IMG/VR virus record: IMGVR_UViG_3300025930_000007 | Coordinates: 124,001 to 188,000 of that record | Reading direction: 5' to 3' (one strand) | DNA length: 64,000 bases | The notes under the pieces: model-generated | The model's input: only the letters and a program-made list of their open reading frames with translations | Told to the model about the DNA's origin: nothing | Database searches by the model: none | Part shown: piece after piece, positions 47,701 to 61,362 of the stretch | Position numbering within the stretch: the stretch's first letter is position 1 | How the letters are laid out: every line of letters begins with the position of its first letter | Program-made: the position numbers and the translations under genes

Positions 47701-50700
47701 CAGCCAGTCCATGACGACTTCACGGATGCGTCGGTCGTTGTCTGCCTCATTCATTTGCAAACCCCGTCCTTGACCTTCCGGCCGGAAAGCGTCTGGTGGA
47801 AAGTCCAGGCGATCTGATAGCAGATCTCGTCGACGATGGACTTCTTCCGGCGAAGAGTTCCGTTCTCGATCCGCTGGGCAACCTCCTCCCGGACCCTCTC
47901 CATCTGCTTCTTGGTGAAGGTCAGGTCCAGCTTGTACTTCTTCCGTTTCGGCTTCTTCATGGCTTCACTTTCCGCACGCGAAAACGATGTCCCTCAAAAG
48001 CCCCTTGCCGGTTGTCGTGATCGGTCTCCCGGTTCATCTTCTGGGCGATCGCGACCGCCTGGGCCTTGTACTGGCAGCGCGTATCCGCCCATTCGTTCCA
48101 GGCGCCGAAATCCCAGAACTCGACGCACCAGGTCTTCTCGACAGGCCCTTTATTGAGCAGTTTAGGCATCGGGTACCGCCTTCTGCCTGGCTTCTTCAGC
48201 CAATTTCGCCGCGGCCTGCTTCGCAGCTTCTTCGGCCAGGATGATCACCATCGCCATCTGATAGACCGCCAGATTGTCGAGCATCGGGGTAGCCTTCGAC
48301 TCCCGGAAGGACACGACAATGCCGATCACGGCCGAGATCGGCCAGATGATCGCGCCGATCAGCAATTCGAAGGGATGCCAGGAGGGACACATGTAGGTCA
48401 TGAGCAGGAGTCCGAAGACCAGATAGGCAAGGCCCCAGATCATCATCCAGTTCATCGTCATTCTCCGGTCTTTTCGCTGCTGACACGATCACGGATGCTC
48501 ATGCGAGTCTCGGCCCGCTCCTTGATCTGGGCCGCCAGCTTCAGCGCCTCCTCGCAGGACAGGGCAAAGCTGACGTGGAGGTCCGGCTTCTCCGTGAACG
48601 CCGCGATCCTGATGCCGCGCCCCTGTTCATCGAAGCTGGCATACCCCATCTCCAGCTCCTCAAACTTGGCGTTCGCCGTGATATGCTCGCGCTTCTCAGA
48701 AGTCATGAATGATATCTCCGAAGCGGCTCGATCCAGCCGGCACACGCCAGCCTTCCGCAGCCCTTTTCGTACCAACCGTACTTCATGCCCCACATTGGAC
48801 TTCCGTAATGGTGATGGACCTCCACGAGAGGATGATAACACCGCCAGCAAAGGCCCTTGAGCCAGCAGACCAATCGGCGCAGCAGCATCTTCATGGGTTG
48901 GCTCATTCAGGTTCAGGTGGATCTTCAGGACCGCCAAAGGGGCACCTTGGCTCATGACCCGGGAACGCCCCACGGCAAGCCGCGCAGACAGGCACAGGTA
49001 CATCCCGCTTTTCGGTAGGCCGCTCTTGCGAATCCAGCGCCGAAAGCGCCGTCTGTAGATCCATGAACCTAACGGACCCCGCTTCCACCCGACCGCTCTT
49101 GATGATCCCGTCGCGTACTTCCTTGGCTACCTCGACGACATTCCTCATAGCCCCTACCTGAAGAAGGAGCTTTGCATTTTCCTGTTCCAGCCCCTCGATG
49201 CTCCTTGGCGTCATGACTATCCCAGGCTCTTTGACGGAGAAGGTCGGGTGCTTCGGACAGACGTGGTAGGGGTTCTGGCTTCCACAATCCGCACACTGAA
49301 ACATGACCGATCTCCCTAAGCTTCGTGCTGAGCACAAAGGGTTCTCTTGGATCCATCCGAATAGGAGTAATTGATGTAGACGTCGCACTTCAGGCACTTG
49401 ATCTGGCCGCACCGATCGACGATCCGGCCCCACTGATCCTTGACGACTTCCAGGCTCAGTACCATGAAGCGGCCATCACGACGGAAATTAAGACGCGTAT
49501 TCTGATCCTCCAAGGTTTTCATGGGCACCTTTATCTCGCCACCCCGCTTCGACTTGCAGAGGGAGATAAGGAACTTCCGCATCAATTCGTCAGTCGCGAA
49601 GATCATGAATCACGCCTGCACTTTATGCAGACCAAGTCCAATAGAGCCTGGAGCGCTGCCGTATCATCGGTGACACCATCCTCAACAGGAGGAGCGATTT
49701 CCTCTCCGCACTTCCTGCATTTTGCCATGATCAGACCTTCACGCTTTCCCGACGCTCGATCCGGTCCACCTCGGCGATCGCGTCCTTCAATTTCATGATA
49801 GCGACCAGCTTCGCATGATCCGTAGGGGCATCGAGCAGGATCCGGGCCCGCTCGACGACATGCTCCAGAGCCACGCGTTTCGAGATCAGGATGTCCGTGA
49901 AGCACTTGTTCCCATGGCCGGCGACGAGACCGCAACGTTCGCACTTCTCCATTACCGGCTCCTCCTGAATTCTTCGTCGCTCATCACCGTCATGTTCCGC
50001 TCCGGATCCGAGTTCCACCGAATGAAGAGATGGCCGAACTTATGGTTCATTTCGGCCATGAAGCGGACCCAGGCCATATTGCTTCCGCCAAGGTAGATCA
50101 GTTGGATCGGCTCTGCGAGTTGCATCATGAATAGCAGGAAGCGACCGATGGGCTTGGTCTTCGCCCCGGTCGTCTTGATATCGTGTTCCTGCAGGACGAT
50201 CACGGCTTCACCGCCTTCATGGCATTCTCAGCGATCTGAGCCAGCTTATAGGCCGGACAGTGGTTCGTGTCGGCGAGGTATGCCGCCAGGATCTCTTCCA
50301 GCGCCTTTTGGAAGACGTTGCGCTGATAACGTACGCAGTCGTGCTTGACCATCCGAGACATCGGCTTCCCGCAGTCCTTACAGAGTTCATCTTGCATCAT
50401 GGTCAGCCTGCTTCTTCTCCTCAGCCTCACGCCGGGCAACGATCGGCTTCAGGACGTCGTTGCGCCGCTTGCATTCCTTCACAAGCAGTTTGATGGCGCC
50501 CTCCGGAGTCTTGGCATCGCCCCCGAAGCTGTCCATTCGCAACCAGGCATACCACCCGTCCGGGCCCTTCTCATAATTGACCGGGACCTCGAGGGTGATG
50601 AACTTCGTATGGGTCATGGTCGATTACTCCCAGAGGTTCGCCATGTCCGCGAACTTCACCGATTCTTCCAGCCTCTTGACCATCTCCTGCATCCTGCACT

Positions 50701-52400
50701 GAGCTTCGTCCGACATCTTCGGATCGACGAGAAGCTGGTCCATGTAGGCCTTGCGCGCCTGCAGCATGGCCTTGGCATCCCGGGCGATGCGGGCGAAGGA
50801 GGTGCACCGGTTGCAGATGCCGTACTCTTCCTCGGTCTTGTGTTCGCACTGGCTCATGAGTTTCCCTTCCTATGCGGTCCCGACGTAGGCCGTCCGCCAC
50901 GGCGGGCTGTTGACGAGCGCCTGCAGAAATCTGAAGGCCTCGGAGTGATTTTCCCACTTCCTGGCGAGACGAAGGCTCAAAGTTCCGACCGGGCGTCCGT
51001 CCCGGGTGCGCCTCTGGTAGTAAGTCTCCAGGTATCCTGGGGACTTCACGATCACGAACCTTTCCGTCTTCATGAAGCCGACTTCGCCTCCTGCTTGACC
51101 TTGTCCTTCGCGACCTGCTCGATAAGACCGCTCAGGAATCCACCCACGAATCCTCCGTTCCGCCTCATCTCTCCGAGATTTGAGGGGACCTCACGCATCA
51201 GGATCTCGAGCGTTTCCTCGGTCACACTGACGATATAATTGCGTGCCTGAAGCTTTTCGGCCTGTTCAGGAGTCATGATCTTTCTAAGCCTCCACACTTG
51301 GACCGGGTTGGTGCTTCAGGTGGGTCTTTAGGAAGTTCTTCCGATACACCAACGACAGGGGCAGTGAACACCACTTGCAGCACCGATGCCGACCATCGCA
51401 CCAGCACTCCCAGAACGCCGAGAACAGGTGCTTGCACCGAGCCAGCTTTCGTTTCGTCATCAGGCATTTCGAGGTCGTGAGAGGATCGTAGACCGGCATG
51501 GGCGCCGGCGCCGCCTTCGACGTCTTCATTTGACGAGAGCCTTCCCGCTCGAATCGACAAGTCCGCTCCAGCGGAAGAACCAGTAGGTGAAGCTGTGGAT
51601 GGAACGGCGATTGATGCTCCTCTGGAACTTCGGGTTCGGATGGTTCGTCAGGCGGATCTTCTTCCGATGCTCCTCGAAGACCTCGGTCGCGATCTCCTGG
51701 ATGTCGTCGACCAGGCCGCTCTCCTTGAAGAGCCAATGGAGAAGCCCAGGAACGCTCTGACGGACTCCATGAGCTTTCGCATGGGCGGCATAGCCTTCTT
51801 CCGCCTTCAGCATCAGATCTTTCGCGTCCGGATCCATGCACATGAGCGAGACGGGGCCGATGTCCCGGCGCAGGTGGTTTCCTGGAAGAGCGTCTTCGGC
51901 CATGATTCAGTCCCTCTTGATCAGGCCGGTATCGCGAAGCACCCAGCGCAGCTCCTCGAAGGCCTTGTCCTTCTGATTGTCGGCGCTCTCCGCTGCAGCC
52001 CGGCTCGTATAGGTCTGGTAGTTCATGAAGTAGCGATACTCGAATTCGACGGCGGCCGCGGCCACCCGTTCGGCCTTGAGAGCCCGCGCCTTCCAGGACT
52101 CGAGCGTCGACTTCCCGGGCTTCTTCGCGGTCTTCATTCCCTTCGCTCCTCGATTGAGACGGCTCACGGAGTCCCCCATTCCTTGCAATCAGAGGCCTTC
52201 GCGCCGTCGATCACCAGAGGCACGAGGCAGGAGTGCAAGGCCATCTTCCGATAGATCACTCGATGGCCTTCGCAGTATCCGAGGTCTCCTTCCAGGATCA
52301 GATGCCGCTCCTGCGGGGATAGATCCGCCGGCAGGATTTTTCCTGAATAGGTCCGATCATCCGGCAGGTTCTTCGTGTATAGCGGGCTCATCGACCGTTA

Positions 52401-52428
52401 AGTATAAACGCGGTTTACGGTCTGTCAA
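52401..52428 (-). promoter_or_regulatory. near-consensus sigma70 promoter with GTAAACCGCG box
   Basis: TTGACA-16-TATACT. Confidence 0.65.
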
Positions 52429-52979
52429 GGCTAAGAAGTTGCTTCCATGAATTCAAACTTATGCTTTTCGCTCTGGCCGATCGATGCCTCGGCCTCTGCC
52501 TTGGAATTGAAGGAGAAGGATGTTACGACCTCCCCATCTTCCAGGGTGATTACTTTGTTCCCGTTCACGGGGAGACGCAGAATTACTCCTTGAGTTACGG
52601 GTGATAGCTCTTTACCACGGCTCTCTTTGGTGGAGCACCGCAGGATAAACCACTGGTCAGCATTCGTGCTGTTATAGAGGGCGAATAAACTTGCCACGAT
52701 TCCTCCTTAGCAACGCCTCATCTCATATCGTTCAATTACCATCTTGCAGGAGTTGCAATACACCGGCGATGCGAGGTGCTTGTATTCTTCTGTCGAAACG
52801 ATGCCGGCGTGTTCGCCGCAGATTTCGCAGTACAGGCCCACTGGACTGGGGCCCCTTTCCCGGCGGGATTCTTGGGGAATGACGTTCGGGCGGCGGCGTA
52901 AGACCGTCGCATAGATTAGGAATGCTAGGAACCCGAAGAACAAAAGCGCAGAGATCATATCGGACATATTCTTCTTCTC

Positions 52980-53213
52980 CTACTTCTCGCAGAGTCCGCA
53001 ACTCGTCTTCTTCCCTTTGACCAGGTTGTAGCCCCAGACTCGGGCCTTCTTGCCGCAGTCGCACTTCACTTCCCATTGGACTTGGGAAGACTCATTCTTC
53101 AGGACCGGCTTGCCGACCACGAGCTTGCCCCAGCGAGTGCCGGTTGCGACCGGAGTCTTGTGATGACCGCCCATGATCAAGACCATCCCAGCTTGAGATG
53201 CCGGCACACCCAT
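52980..53213 (-). CDS. stand-alone Cys module typical of HNH/AP2 endonuclease N-termini
   Basis: GTRWGKLVV...WEVKCDCG...NLVKGKKTSCG. Confidence 0.6.
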   Translation of the reverse strand: MGVPASQAGMVLIMGGHHKTPVATGTRWGKLVVGKPVLKNESSQVQWEVKCDCGKKARVWGYNLVKGKKTSCGLCEK

Positions 53214-55023
53214 ACGATCAGAACCCCAAGGGCGATGAGCGCAAAGGGAGCCAGTCTACGAGCCCAGACAACCACCATGATCATCCTCATCAAGGCCTTC
53301 TCGCTCATCGCTTATCTCCTAGGCGGAATTTTCTTTGCCTTCTTGCCCGCTCGGTCGGCATCGGTGGCCACTTTGAAATAATCCTGCTCGGTCATCAGAT
53401 CACGCTGGATGCAGTAGCACTTTACGCACTTGAAATACCTAGAGATCCGATCGATTGCCGGCCCATGCCAGTCGTGTTCTTTGCAATCGAGCTGCTTGAG
53501 GACAGTTTCCTTGGTACCGCCGTAAAGGATGATCGCCATGGTCAGATCTCTCTCGAAATGATGGCCAGATGATTCGCCCAGCGCTTCTCGTCGGGAACCA
53601 GCTTCCCGAACTCCACGCGATAAATTCCCGCACCTTGAGCGATGAAGGTCTCGCCCATCATTCCACACTCGCAGACCCAGCGGGCGATCTGGACGCTCTT
53701 CCCGCAGACGCGGCAGTGTTTCAGCCAGGCATGATCATGAATGCAGGGTCTTTTGAGGCTGCCTGAATCATCGGCCCAGACAATATCCTCGACGCCCACG
53801 TACTTCTTCTTGTGGCCGGTCAACCAGCAAAACATGGTCCCCTCACTTCAATACTTCAGCCCAAAGTCGAACTCGCACCCAAGCACCGAGATTGCTGATC
53901 TTCAGCTTTTTTGAGTTTCCTTTCTTATCGGAGAGCGAGACCCGAAAATAGCCTGGCTTACTATTATCGATCTTCCCGAACCAGATGAAGCCGGTGCCGA
54001 GCCGTTTCATGACGTTCTTGGTCTTCACCGGAGTTGGGCCTCGGCCTTCTGGACGGCGTCCTCCAGGATCTTCCGCTTGCTGGGAGGCTTGATGCCGCAG
54101 ATGCCCATGATCTCTTTCACGATCCGCTTCGGGCTCATGGGCTTCTCGCCGACTTCCTTCTCGAAATGATGGACGAGCCGGACGACGAGGTTCATCATCG
54201 CCCATCTGGTGCAGTCGGCCGACGGCCAACTCGATCCGCCCATTTCCCGCGCCATCGTGAAGGCATCGTCGACGATATTCGGCTTCTTCTTTCCGCTGCA
54301 GTTGGAGTGGCAGCAGTCTTGGCAATGACCGGAAAGCATTCCAGCGCATTGATAGGTCTTCCGCTGGCGCTGGCAGTAGGCGCAGGTTTCGATCTTCTTC
54401 TTCACTTGGGATCCTCCCGAAGCCATCCTGTCACATTGCTTCCGTCCGCGCATGCACCGTTACATCCCATATCCTCGATCAGCTTGCAGCCAGACCAGTG
54501 GCCTTTATGGACCGGACAGGGCGTCGTCCTGGGCTTCTCTCCGCCGTAGATCGTCCGGGAAAGGAGGTTCGACTTCATGATCTGGAGGAAGACGAACTGG
54601 ATCTTATCGCCTCTTTCCTTTCGCCACGCGATGCCAGCCGTACCATCGCTGGGAAGAGGCTCTGCCGCCAACCGCTGCCATTCCTTCAGGAAGTCGCAGA
54701 AGAAGCTGACTGGCATGACCGGAACACCATCTTGAAAGCGCTCGAGGAACTTGTCGATCTCCTCCTCGCTCGTCTTGCGGCCGCCGTTGGTCAGGCATTC
54801 CCGGGCGATTTCTCTATTCATCGTCCTCGTCTCACGATCCTGATGGCCTCTTCCATCTCAGCCTTGACGCCGGCGTTCCAGATCACGGCAAAGATCAGCC
54901 CGGCGCAGCGATCGCACTCCTGGGCGAATTGGACGGCCGGCGAGAGCTTGTTTTCCTCATGATGATGTCCGCAGTTCTTGACGCCGCGCATCATCGCGAT
55001 CTGATCGGGTCCGACATCCTGGC

Positions 55024-55578
55024 TCATGAGAGGATCCCCCTGGCTGCCGTCCACTTCAGGAAGGTCCAGATATTCGGGCCGAGCTCCTTTTCCGTGTAGC
55101 CAGCCAGAACGGCCTTGGCCTGGCACTTTCCCTTATGAAGATCATCGCGTTCGCAGCGGAAATTTCGATTGTTGATCTGGATCTTTTCTTTGCAGCGGAT
55201 GGTAGCGGGAGATTGATCTTCGTCTCGTTCCAACCGCGAAACGTTAACCGCGAATTTCCACAGCCAGGAGGAATGATCGATATCGAGACGCTGGTAGTCA
55301 TAGGCATTCTGGCCATCTAGCCCCAGGTAGCGGACCTGCTCGAGCGGTAGCCCGGGCATATCTACCCGGATCCGACGCTCGAGGCCGCCCCTTTCGGCAT
55401 CCAGGGCGAAGGCGAAGTACCCGCGATCGTCGTCATCCTCCAACCGGAAGATGTCCTTGACGAACAGGCCGTGCGCCTGAGCGATGTCTTTAACGAAGAC
55501 CTTGATGTTCTCGTAAGCATGCTCCAGGGAAGCATTCTGCACAGGTCCACTTCCGGGATTGATCACGAAGAGGCTCAT
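55024..55578 (-). CDS. hypothetical protein
   Basis: 184-aa ORF. Confidence 0.55.
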   Translation of the reverse strand: MSLFVINPGSGPVQNASLEHAYENIKVFVKDIAQAHGLFVKDIFRLEDDDDRGYFAFALDAERGGLERRIRVDMPGLPLEQVRYLGLDGQNAYDYQRLDIDHSSWLWKFAVNVSRLERDEDQSPATIRCKEKIQINNRNFRCERDDLHKGKCQAKAVLAGYTEKELGPNIWTFLKWTAARGILS

Positions 55579-58389
55579 GGCTTAGACCTTCACTCCGGCC
55601 TTGTCGAGCGCATCGTTCATGAGACCCCAAGGCGCCATCTCGGACGTCGGGTAGGCGTCCGGATCCTCGTGATACTTTTTCCATGCGAGGAGAGCCTTCT
55701 TCATGTCCTGTGCGGCCGCCAGGACCTTGGCGTTAGCACTCGTCTCCTTCGGATCATCCTGGTTGAAGACCCTGGCGACCACATTCGGCGCCGGGTCATG
55801 CCCGGGATGGACGAACTCCGTCGGAGGACAGGGCTTCTCGTCGATGATGAAAAGAGCGTCGTTCATGACCCCGACGTACCAGGTCTCGCTGTGTTTCTTT
55901 TCGCTCATCGTATTCCCTTCTTTTTAGGCAGATTCTCTTCCGGAACGATGATCTGCACGGTCGTCAGGCCCTTGCCGGGAATGATCACGGGAACCCGGTT
56001 GACGAAGGCCAGATTCTCGAAGATGTCCAGCATGACTTCCTTCACGTCTTTCTTCTTCATGCCGCAATCAAGCATCTGGCCGATGCTGGCCTCGAGATTG
56101 ACCTGAGTTCGATACGTCAGGTCGAAGTCGCGCCTGAGATGGTAAGCCAGGTCTTCAGCGAAATTCCTTTTCACTTCTTCGGTTCCTTGATGAACTTCTT
56201 GCAGCGTTCCGTGGGATGGACGGAGGGATAGCAGCCGCATTCATCGCACCAGAGGCTGCAGTCGAGCTTCTCGGGCTCGAAGATCTCGCTGTAGCCGCAC
56301 ATGGTGTAGCCAATCAGCCGGTAGAACTCGAGCATCTCCTCTTTGCAGTAGTTCCCGCTGCCGGCGCGCATCCAGATATCGTTCAGATCGTACTTCTTGC
56401 CTGCCGACACAGCATCGAGGAGATCCCGGACCACCCGATTCATCCGGAAGGCCGGCCGCGGGTGGCCATCTTCGTTCGGCTTGAGAATCAGTGGAAAGAC
56501 CTCACCGTTCACGGTGGCGGTCTCCTTGCTCAGCGGCGGCCGATTGTCCGGGTACCAGTCGATGTCCATGATCATTTCTCCTCAGGCCAGTCGACCTCGA
56601 AAACGAGTGCCGTCTGGACATGTCGAGGGAGCTCCTCGATGGATCGACGGATGAAGGTATGCTCCTGTTCGACATAGGCCTTGGGATCGACCTTCGGCGC
56701 CACGGAGATCGCGATCCGGACGGGCTCCCCGGGCTCCCATTTGACGGGTTCCATGCCCTGGAATACCCCTTTGCCGAAGGCCTCCAGGAGCAGCTTTTCG
56801 ATTTGCGGGCCGTATTCCTTCAGGATGACCTCCGGGTCGTCCTCCATCGTTCTGGCGATTTCTAGGGCCCTTTCTGCCGCTTTTTCGAGGGTTTCGCCGC
56901 CCCCCTCTCCGTGGGATAGGCCGGCGCCCACGACCAGGCACGTCCAGCCGTCCTTATCGCCCCAGAACTGGAAGTACCAGCCCTTGGCGCGGAGCTTCTC
57001 GACCTCATCCATCTGGTTCATCAGGCCTTCTTTTTGGCGACTTTGAGCTGTTTGGCGGCTTCCTCGAGGACTGCCTGGATGGTCGCCCCGACGGCTTTCT
57101 TGAAGGACGTTCCGGGCGGATATGACCAGCAGCGCGAAGGATTCGGACAATCCCTTCCGACCAGGAAGACCCCCACTCCGGGGATGTCGATCGCGATGAA
57201 GGCGAGCTTCTCTTCGAACTCGAATTGCATGGCCGACGTGCCCGAGAGCGCCGCTCCCTTGTAGTCGAGACGGAGGGCCTTGGTCTTCGGTTTCACTTGG
57301 ACGCCTCCGGTTTTCCGAGATAAAGGCAGCGGCCTATGGCTGCGAACTGTGCCGCCAGGAGAAAAACGGCGATCGCCAAGACCCCGGGTGTCGCCGGCGT
57401 ATCTGTCGCGCGAACGAGAATCGTGTAGAAGAGAACGACCGGGATCCTCCCGACTAGGTCCAAGCTCTTGTAGTTCATTTTAGTTCCCCGAGCATTTCGC
57501 TGAAGGCAGAGAGCCAGACGCTCGAGTTTGCGCTGAAGCCATCCTTCTTCGCGAGCGCCTGGGCCGATGCCATCGACTTTGCCACCCGGATGTACTCCTT
57601 GCACTTCTCCTTCAGATCCCGATTCTTCTCGCCGCGCTTCACTTGTCCTCCGATGCAGGGCAGATCTTTACGGAACGACCCATGGCGAGGCCTTCCTTGT
57701 CCTTCCGTGCGTCGATCACATGGAGCGGAGCCTCGACGCTGCAGGAAGAATGCGAGCCTCCACACTTCCGGCACGGATAGATCTTCGCGTCCTTCTGCGG
57801 CTTCTTGCAGTAATCGCACATCGGATAGACCGGCTTGGGCGGGGGAGGTGGCGGACTGCAAGCCGACAAACAGAGGATCGCCGCCATCGCGAGCAGTTTC
57901 TTCATGCTACCCTTCCAATCCTTTCAAGGATTCATCGGCTTCGCGTTGCAAAAGCTCGATTTTGATATTCTGCAGGGCCTCTTCATCGGTCTTCGCTTCA
58001 CCCTGGACGAAACGGCCGGTCCTCATGTTCGTGAAGAGCCAGAAAGTGAAGGATTCTCCGTCCAGCCGGTAGTCGTTGTGGCAAGCGACCGTCCAGCCGT
58101 CATCGCGGAGCTTCTTCAACATCTCAGAGAGATTCATGATGACCTCACGAGTTCAGATCGATCTGGCCCAGGACCTCCATCACGGCCGAGAGCTGCTTGG
58201 CGTCGTGGGCCGCGAGCGAATAGCTCTTCGCGGCGAAGTTCTTCGCCAACGACGCGTCGAGCTCCTCCGCGCGGGCCTTCAGATAGGCCACGGCGCCCTT
58301 CTTGTCTTCCTTCTGCTTTTCCGCCGACTGGATCTTCGATTCCATGCGCGTTCTTCTCCAATAGAGACACGAAGCAGACATTTCCGCTC

Positions 58390-58812
58390 CTATGTCGCTT
58401 CCACGGTCTTGACTTTCATCATCTCGATGCGGTCCCAGGCCATCATGCAGAAGTTCGCGATGTCCACGAACTCCTTCTGGACATCCTCGGGCAGAGCGCG
58501 GCACTTCTGGTAATTGGAGAAGGCGACTTCCATTTCCCGGATCTCATCCCAGATCCGATCGACCAGGGCGGAAGGAAGGTCCTCCTTCCATCCATGCTTC
58601 CAGTCGTTCTGACGAAGGATCACTTCCATGGCCAGAGCGAACGCCATCACTTCCTTCCGAGGCACGATCTTCTTCTCCTTGGTTTCCGGAAGGTCTTTGG
58701 ACTGCATGTTCGAACAGTCCGCCGGCGTATGGCAGACTTCGCAGGCCCCATGAGACCGATGAAGGGTGATGGGCCATTCGTTTTTATTGGCGCAGAAGTC
58801 GCAGTAGAACAT
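58390..58812 (-). CDS. MazG-like all-alpha NTP pyrophosphohydrolase-fold protein with N-terminal Cys motif
   Basis: FALAME..L..N..K.GW ... DEIRE ... EFVDIANFCMM. Confidence 0.55.
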   Translation of the reverse strand: MFYCDFCANKNEWPITLHRSHGACEVCHTPADCSNMQSKDLPETKEKKIVPRKEVMAFALAMEVILRQNDWKHGWKEDLPSALVDRIWDEIREMEVAFSNYQKCRALPEDVQKEFVDIANFCMMAWDRIEMMKVKTVEAT

Positions 58813-59535
58813 CAGCTCTTCCTCAGCACGGTTTCATCCATCATGCAATGACCCGATTCACGGCAGCGTTCCAGGTCATACATCTGAGTCTTCACGTTCT
58901 GGCGGATGTTGCCGATCTTGGCGTAGTTCTGATTGAGGCCGCTGACGATCACGCTGATCTCGGCTTGAGCCTTCTCCATGAACTCAGCCGCGCGATACAG
59001 CAGAGTCTCGGCCTTCAGAACCCGCTTAGCTGCGGCTTTCTTTCTGCTCTCGTTGAGTTCATTCGCCATCATTTCTTTCATGGCCGGTTCTCCCTCTATC
59101 CGAAGATAATCTTTCCGAAAAGGCATCATGTCCTCTTCATGGCCCTGGCCGGTTCCTCCCCGGCGAGAACTGCTATCTAACCCACGTCATTCTGCGGTAG
59201 TGGTCGGCCCTCAGCCGCAAGCGCGACTCGGCTTTCGACGAGCTTGCCATCTATCACCTGATCTCCGCGCCACAGGGCCATGAAGAGAACACCTATTTCT
59301 TTTCTGATGGACCGATATCCTCCTTCGTGCACCACCAGGTCTGTTCCAGGCCCGTCATCGGGACCGGCCGAAGGTCCTTTTTCATTTCCGACTGATCGGC
59401 CTTTGGATCCATGGCCAGTTGGACGACGACCAGGGCAAGCTTCTGCCCCTTTGAATCGGTGCCCTTCCAGACCCGACAGTAGCGGCCGTCGACCATCTGG
59501 AAATCGTCCGTGCTTTCTACGGTGACCTTCACGCT

Positions 59536-60033
59536 CTACTCCTCCACGTGCCGGACGCAGCCGTCCTTGTCGGGCAGCCCCCACTTCCGCTTCTTGCAGA
59601 TCTCGAACTTTTCCCGGATTGCATCGCGGGAAGACACCTTCTTCCTATGGGCGAGGTGAAGAAGGAGCATGATGCAGTCCGCAATTTCGTGGGCGATCTG
59701 CTGATCGTTCGCATCATTGAGTTCCCGGAGCTCCTTCTCCAGATGAAGGAGCATCGTCTTGGGCGTCGACGTCGGGAACGTGATGTCGCTCCAGGAACCG
59801 ATCTCCGTCTGAAGGCCATCGAGGGCCTCCTTCTCGATGATCGGCATCGTCACCAGGACTCCGTCGTCCTTCATGTACCGGGCGACGTCCTGGGCCAGTT
59901 GAGCCTCGGCATCCGAGGTCGTGTTCACGATCGGATTCCGAAGATGGGCGACCTCATCATATTCCGAGGGCCGCTTGCTCAGCCACCAGGCATAGGCGGA
60001 ATCGATCAGATTGCTTTCACGCTGCGTCGTCAT
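59536..60033 (-). CDS. dATP/dGTP pyrophosphohydrolase-like (DUF550, MazG superfamily)
   Basis: WSDITFP, HLEKELREL, EIADC, KFEICKKRKW..PD..G...H. Confidence 0.75.
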   Translation of the reverse strand: MTTQRESNLIDSAYAWWLSKRPSEYDEVAHLRNPIVNTTSDAEAQLAQDVARYMKDDGVLVTMPIIEKEALDGLQTEIGSWSDITFPTSTPKTMLLHLEKELRELNDANDQQIAHEIADCIMLLLHLAHRKKVSSRDAIREKFEICKKRKWGLPDKDGCVRHVEE

Positions 60034-60298
60034 CAGTCCTTCCTTCCGACTTCCGTCCAGGTGCCGCCTGTCACGAGCCCTTCCGGCACGGTGGAGATCG
60101 GCGGCGCCGCCTTCTTCCTCTTGGCCGGCTTCTTCCGGACGAGCGGCTTGTTCGCGATCACGCAGAGGGAAGATCCCATGGAACGGTAGTACTCCCGGTT
60201 CTTCTTGGCCCAGCGCTCGCCTTCCGCCCGGGTCTCCGTCTTGTGGACCGTCCGGAGTGGACAATTCGCCAGTACCAGGAATTTTGCTTCAGGCTTTT

Positions 60299-60724
60299 TC
60301 ATTTCGCTTTCGCTTTCTTCACCTTGAGAATGCCCTTGCCTTTGCAGGTCTTGCAGGTCGTCTGGAGGGCTGCGCCTCCTTCGTGCCAACCGCAGCCGTC
60401 GCAGTCGTCACAATACGCGTGCGTCGGTTCGGTCCGGCTGAGCAGCTCTCCCGTCTCCGCGAAGTGCTGGAGTTGGGGAAGAAGTTCGAGAACCAGCTTT
60501 CGGTCCAGATGCATCCGGGCGCTCTTGGTCGTGCCCTCCGGCACCACAACCGGAGTCCAGCCTTGGCCAGGGATTAGGATCTGCAGCTTCACCTCGTCGA
60601 TCCCCAGCCAGATGGCATCGGCCGTCGCGAGGCTGGACTTCTGGATGCTGCACTTGGCCCCGTACAGATCCGTGAACTCGCCGAGCAGGAATCCGCGGCG
60701 AGTCGGCTTCAGTTTCAGGCTCAT
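60299..60724 (-). CDS. conserved phage hypothetical protein
   Basis: TRRGF..EFTDLYG..CSIQKSSLAT...IWLG...RMHL...LLPQLQHFAETGEL. Confidence 0.7.
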   Translation of the reverse strand: MSLKLKPTRRGFLLGEFTDLYGAKCSIQKSSLATADAIWLGIDEVKLQILIPGQGWTPVVVPEGTTKSARMHLDRKLVLELLPQLQHFAETGELLSRTEPTHAYCDDCDGCGWHEGGAALQTTCKTCKGKGILKVKKAKAK

Positions 60725-61362
60725 GCCGTCTCCTTCACCAGCCGAAGAGGCTGCACCACAAGCTTGCGCTGATTGGCCGGGGTTCCCGCACCGGCCCAGA
60801 AGTACTCGCCGCCTTCGTTGAAGGCGTGGATGAAGCCGTTGTTGTCGCTGTATTCGGACTTGAAGCCGACGACGTCTCCGAATAGGAACGGTCCTGTTGG
60901 GCATTCCGCCAAGGTCGTCGGGTCGCCATCAGGAACGAGCTCGACTTTCATTTGGCCTCCACGCAGTTCGATTGATACCGCTGGTCACAGGCTTCCTTGT
61001 CCTTGCATTCCCAATGGCTGATCAGTAAATCTTTCACGAAGCAGATCCTTTCTTCCCAGCAACCGTCAGGCCTTCCGTGGCGATCTGCTTCTGGATCGCA
61101 AGGCCCAGCGCAATGTCTTTCCGACGCTGCATCTTGTCGCGCCCCTCGAAGTAGTAGGCCCGTGCGGCCGCGTAGATCGCTTCCAGGCGCAGGATGTACG
61201 GGCAGGTAACCGAATGCATCGCGAGCAATCCGCACTCGCCGCAAGGGCGCCGGTCCCGGACGACGGCATGGCAGGCCTCGCAGAGGCCGGACCAGACCGC
61301 GGGCTGTGGGCAGAGATTGCACCGCTCGCCACCATAGGCCCACTGCACCGTCTTGGGATCCT

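Noticed and set aside
28174-60821. Long + strand ORFs such as 28174-29616, 33489-34718, 41010-42389 and 57835-58851
   Set aside because: They are antisense shadows of well-formed - strand genes, expected in GC-rich DNA, and show no motifs.
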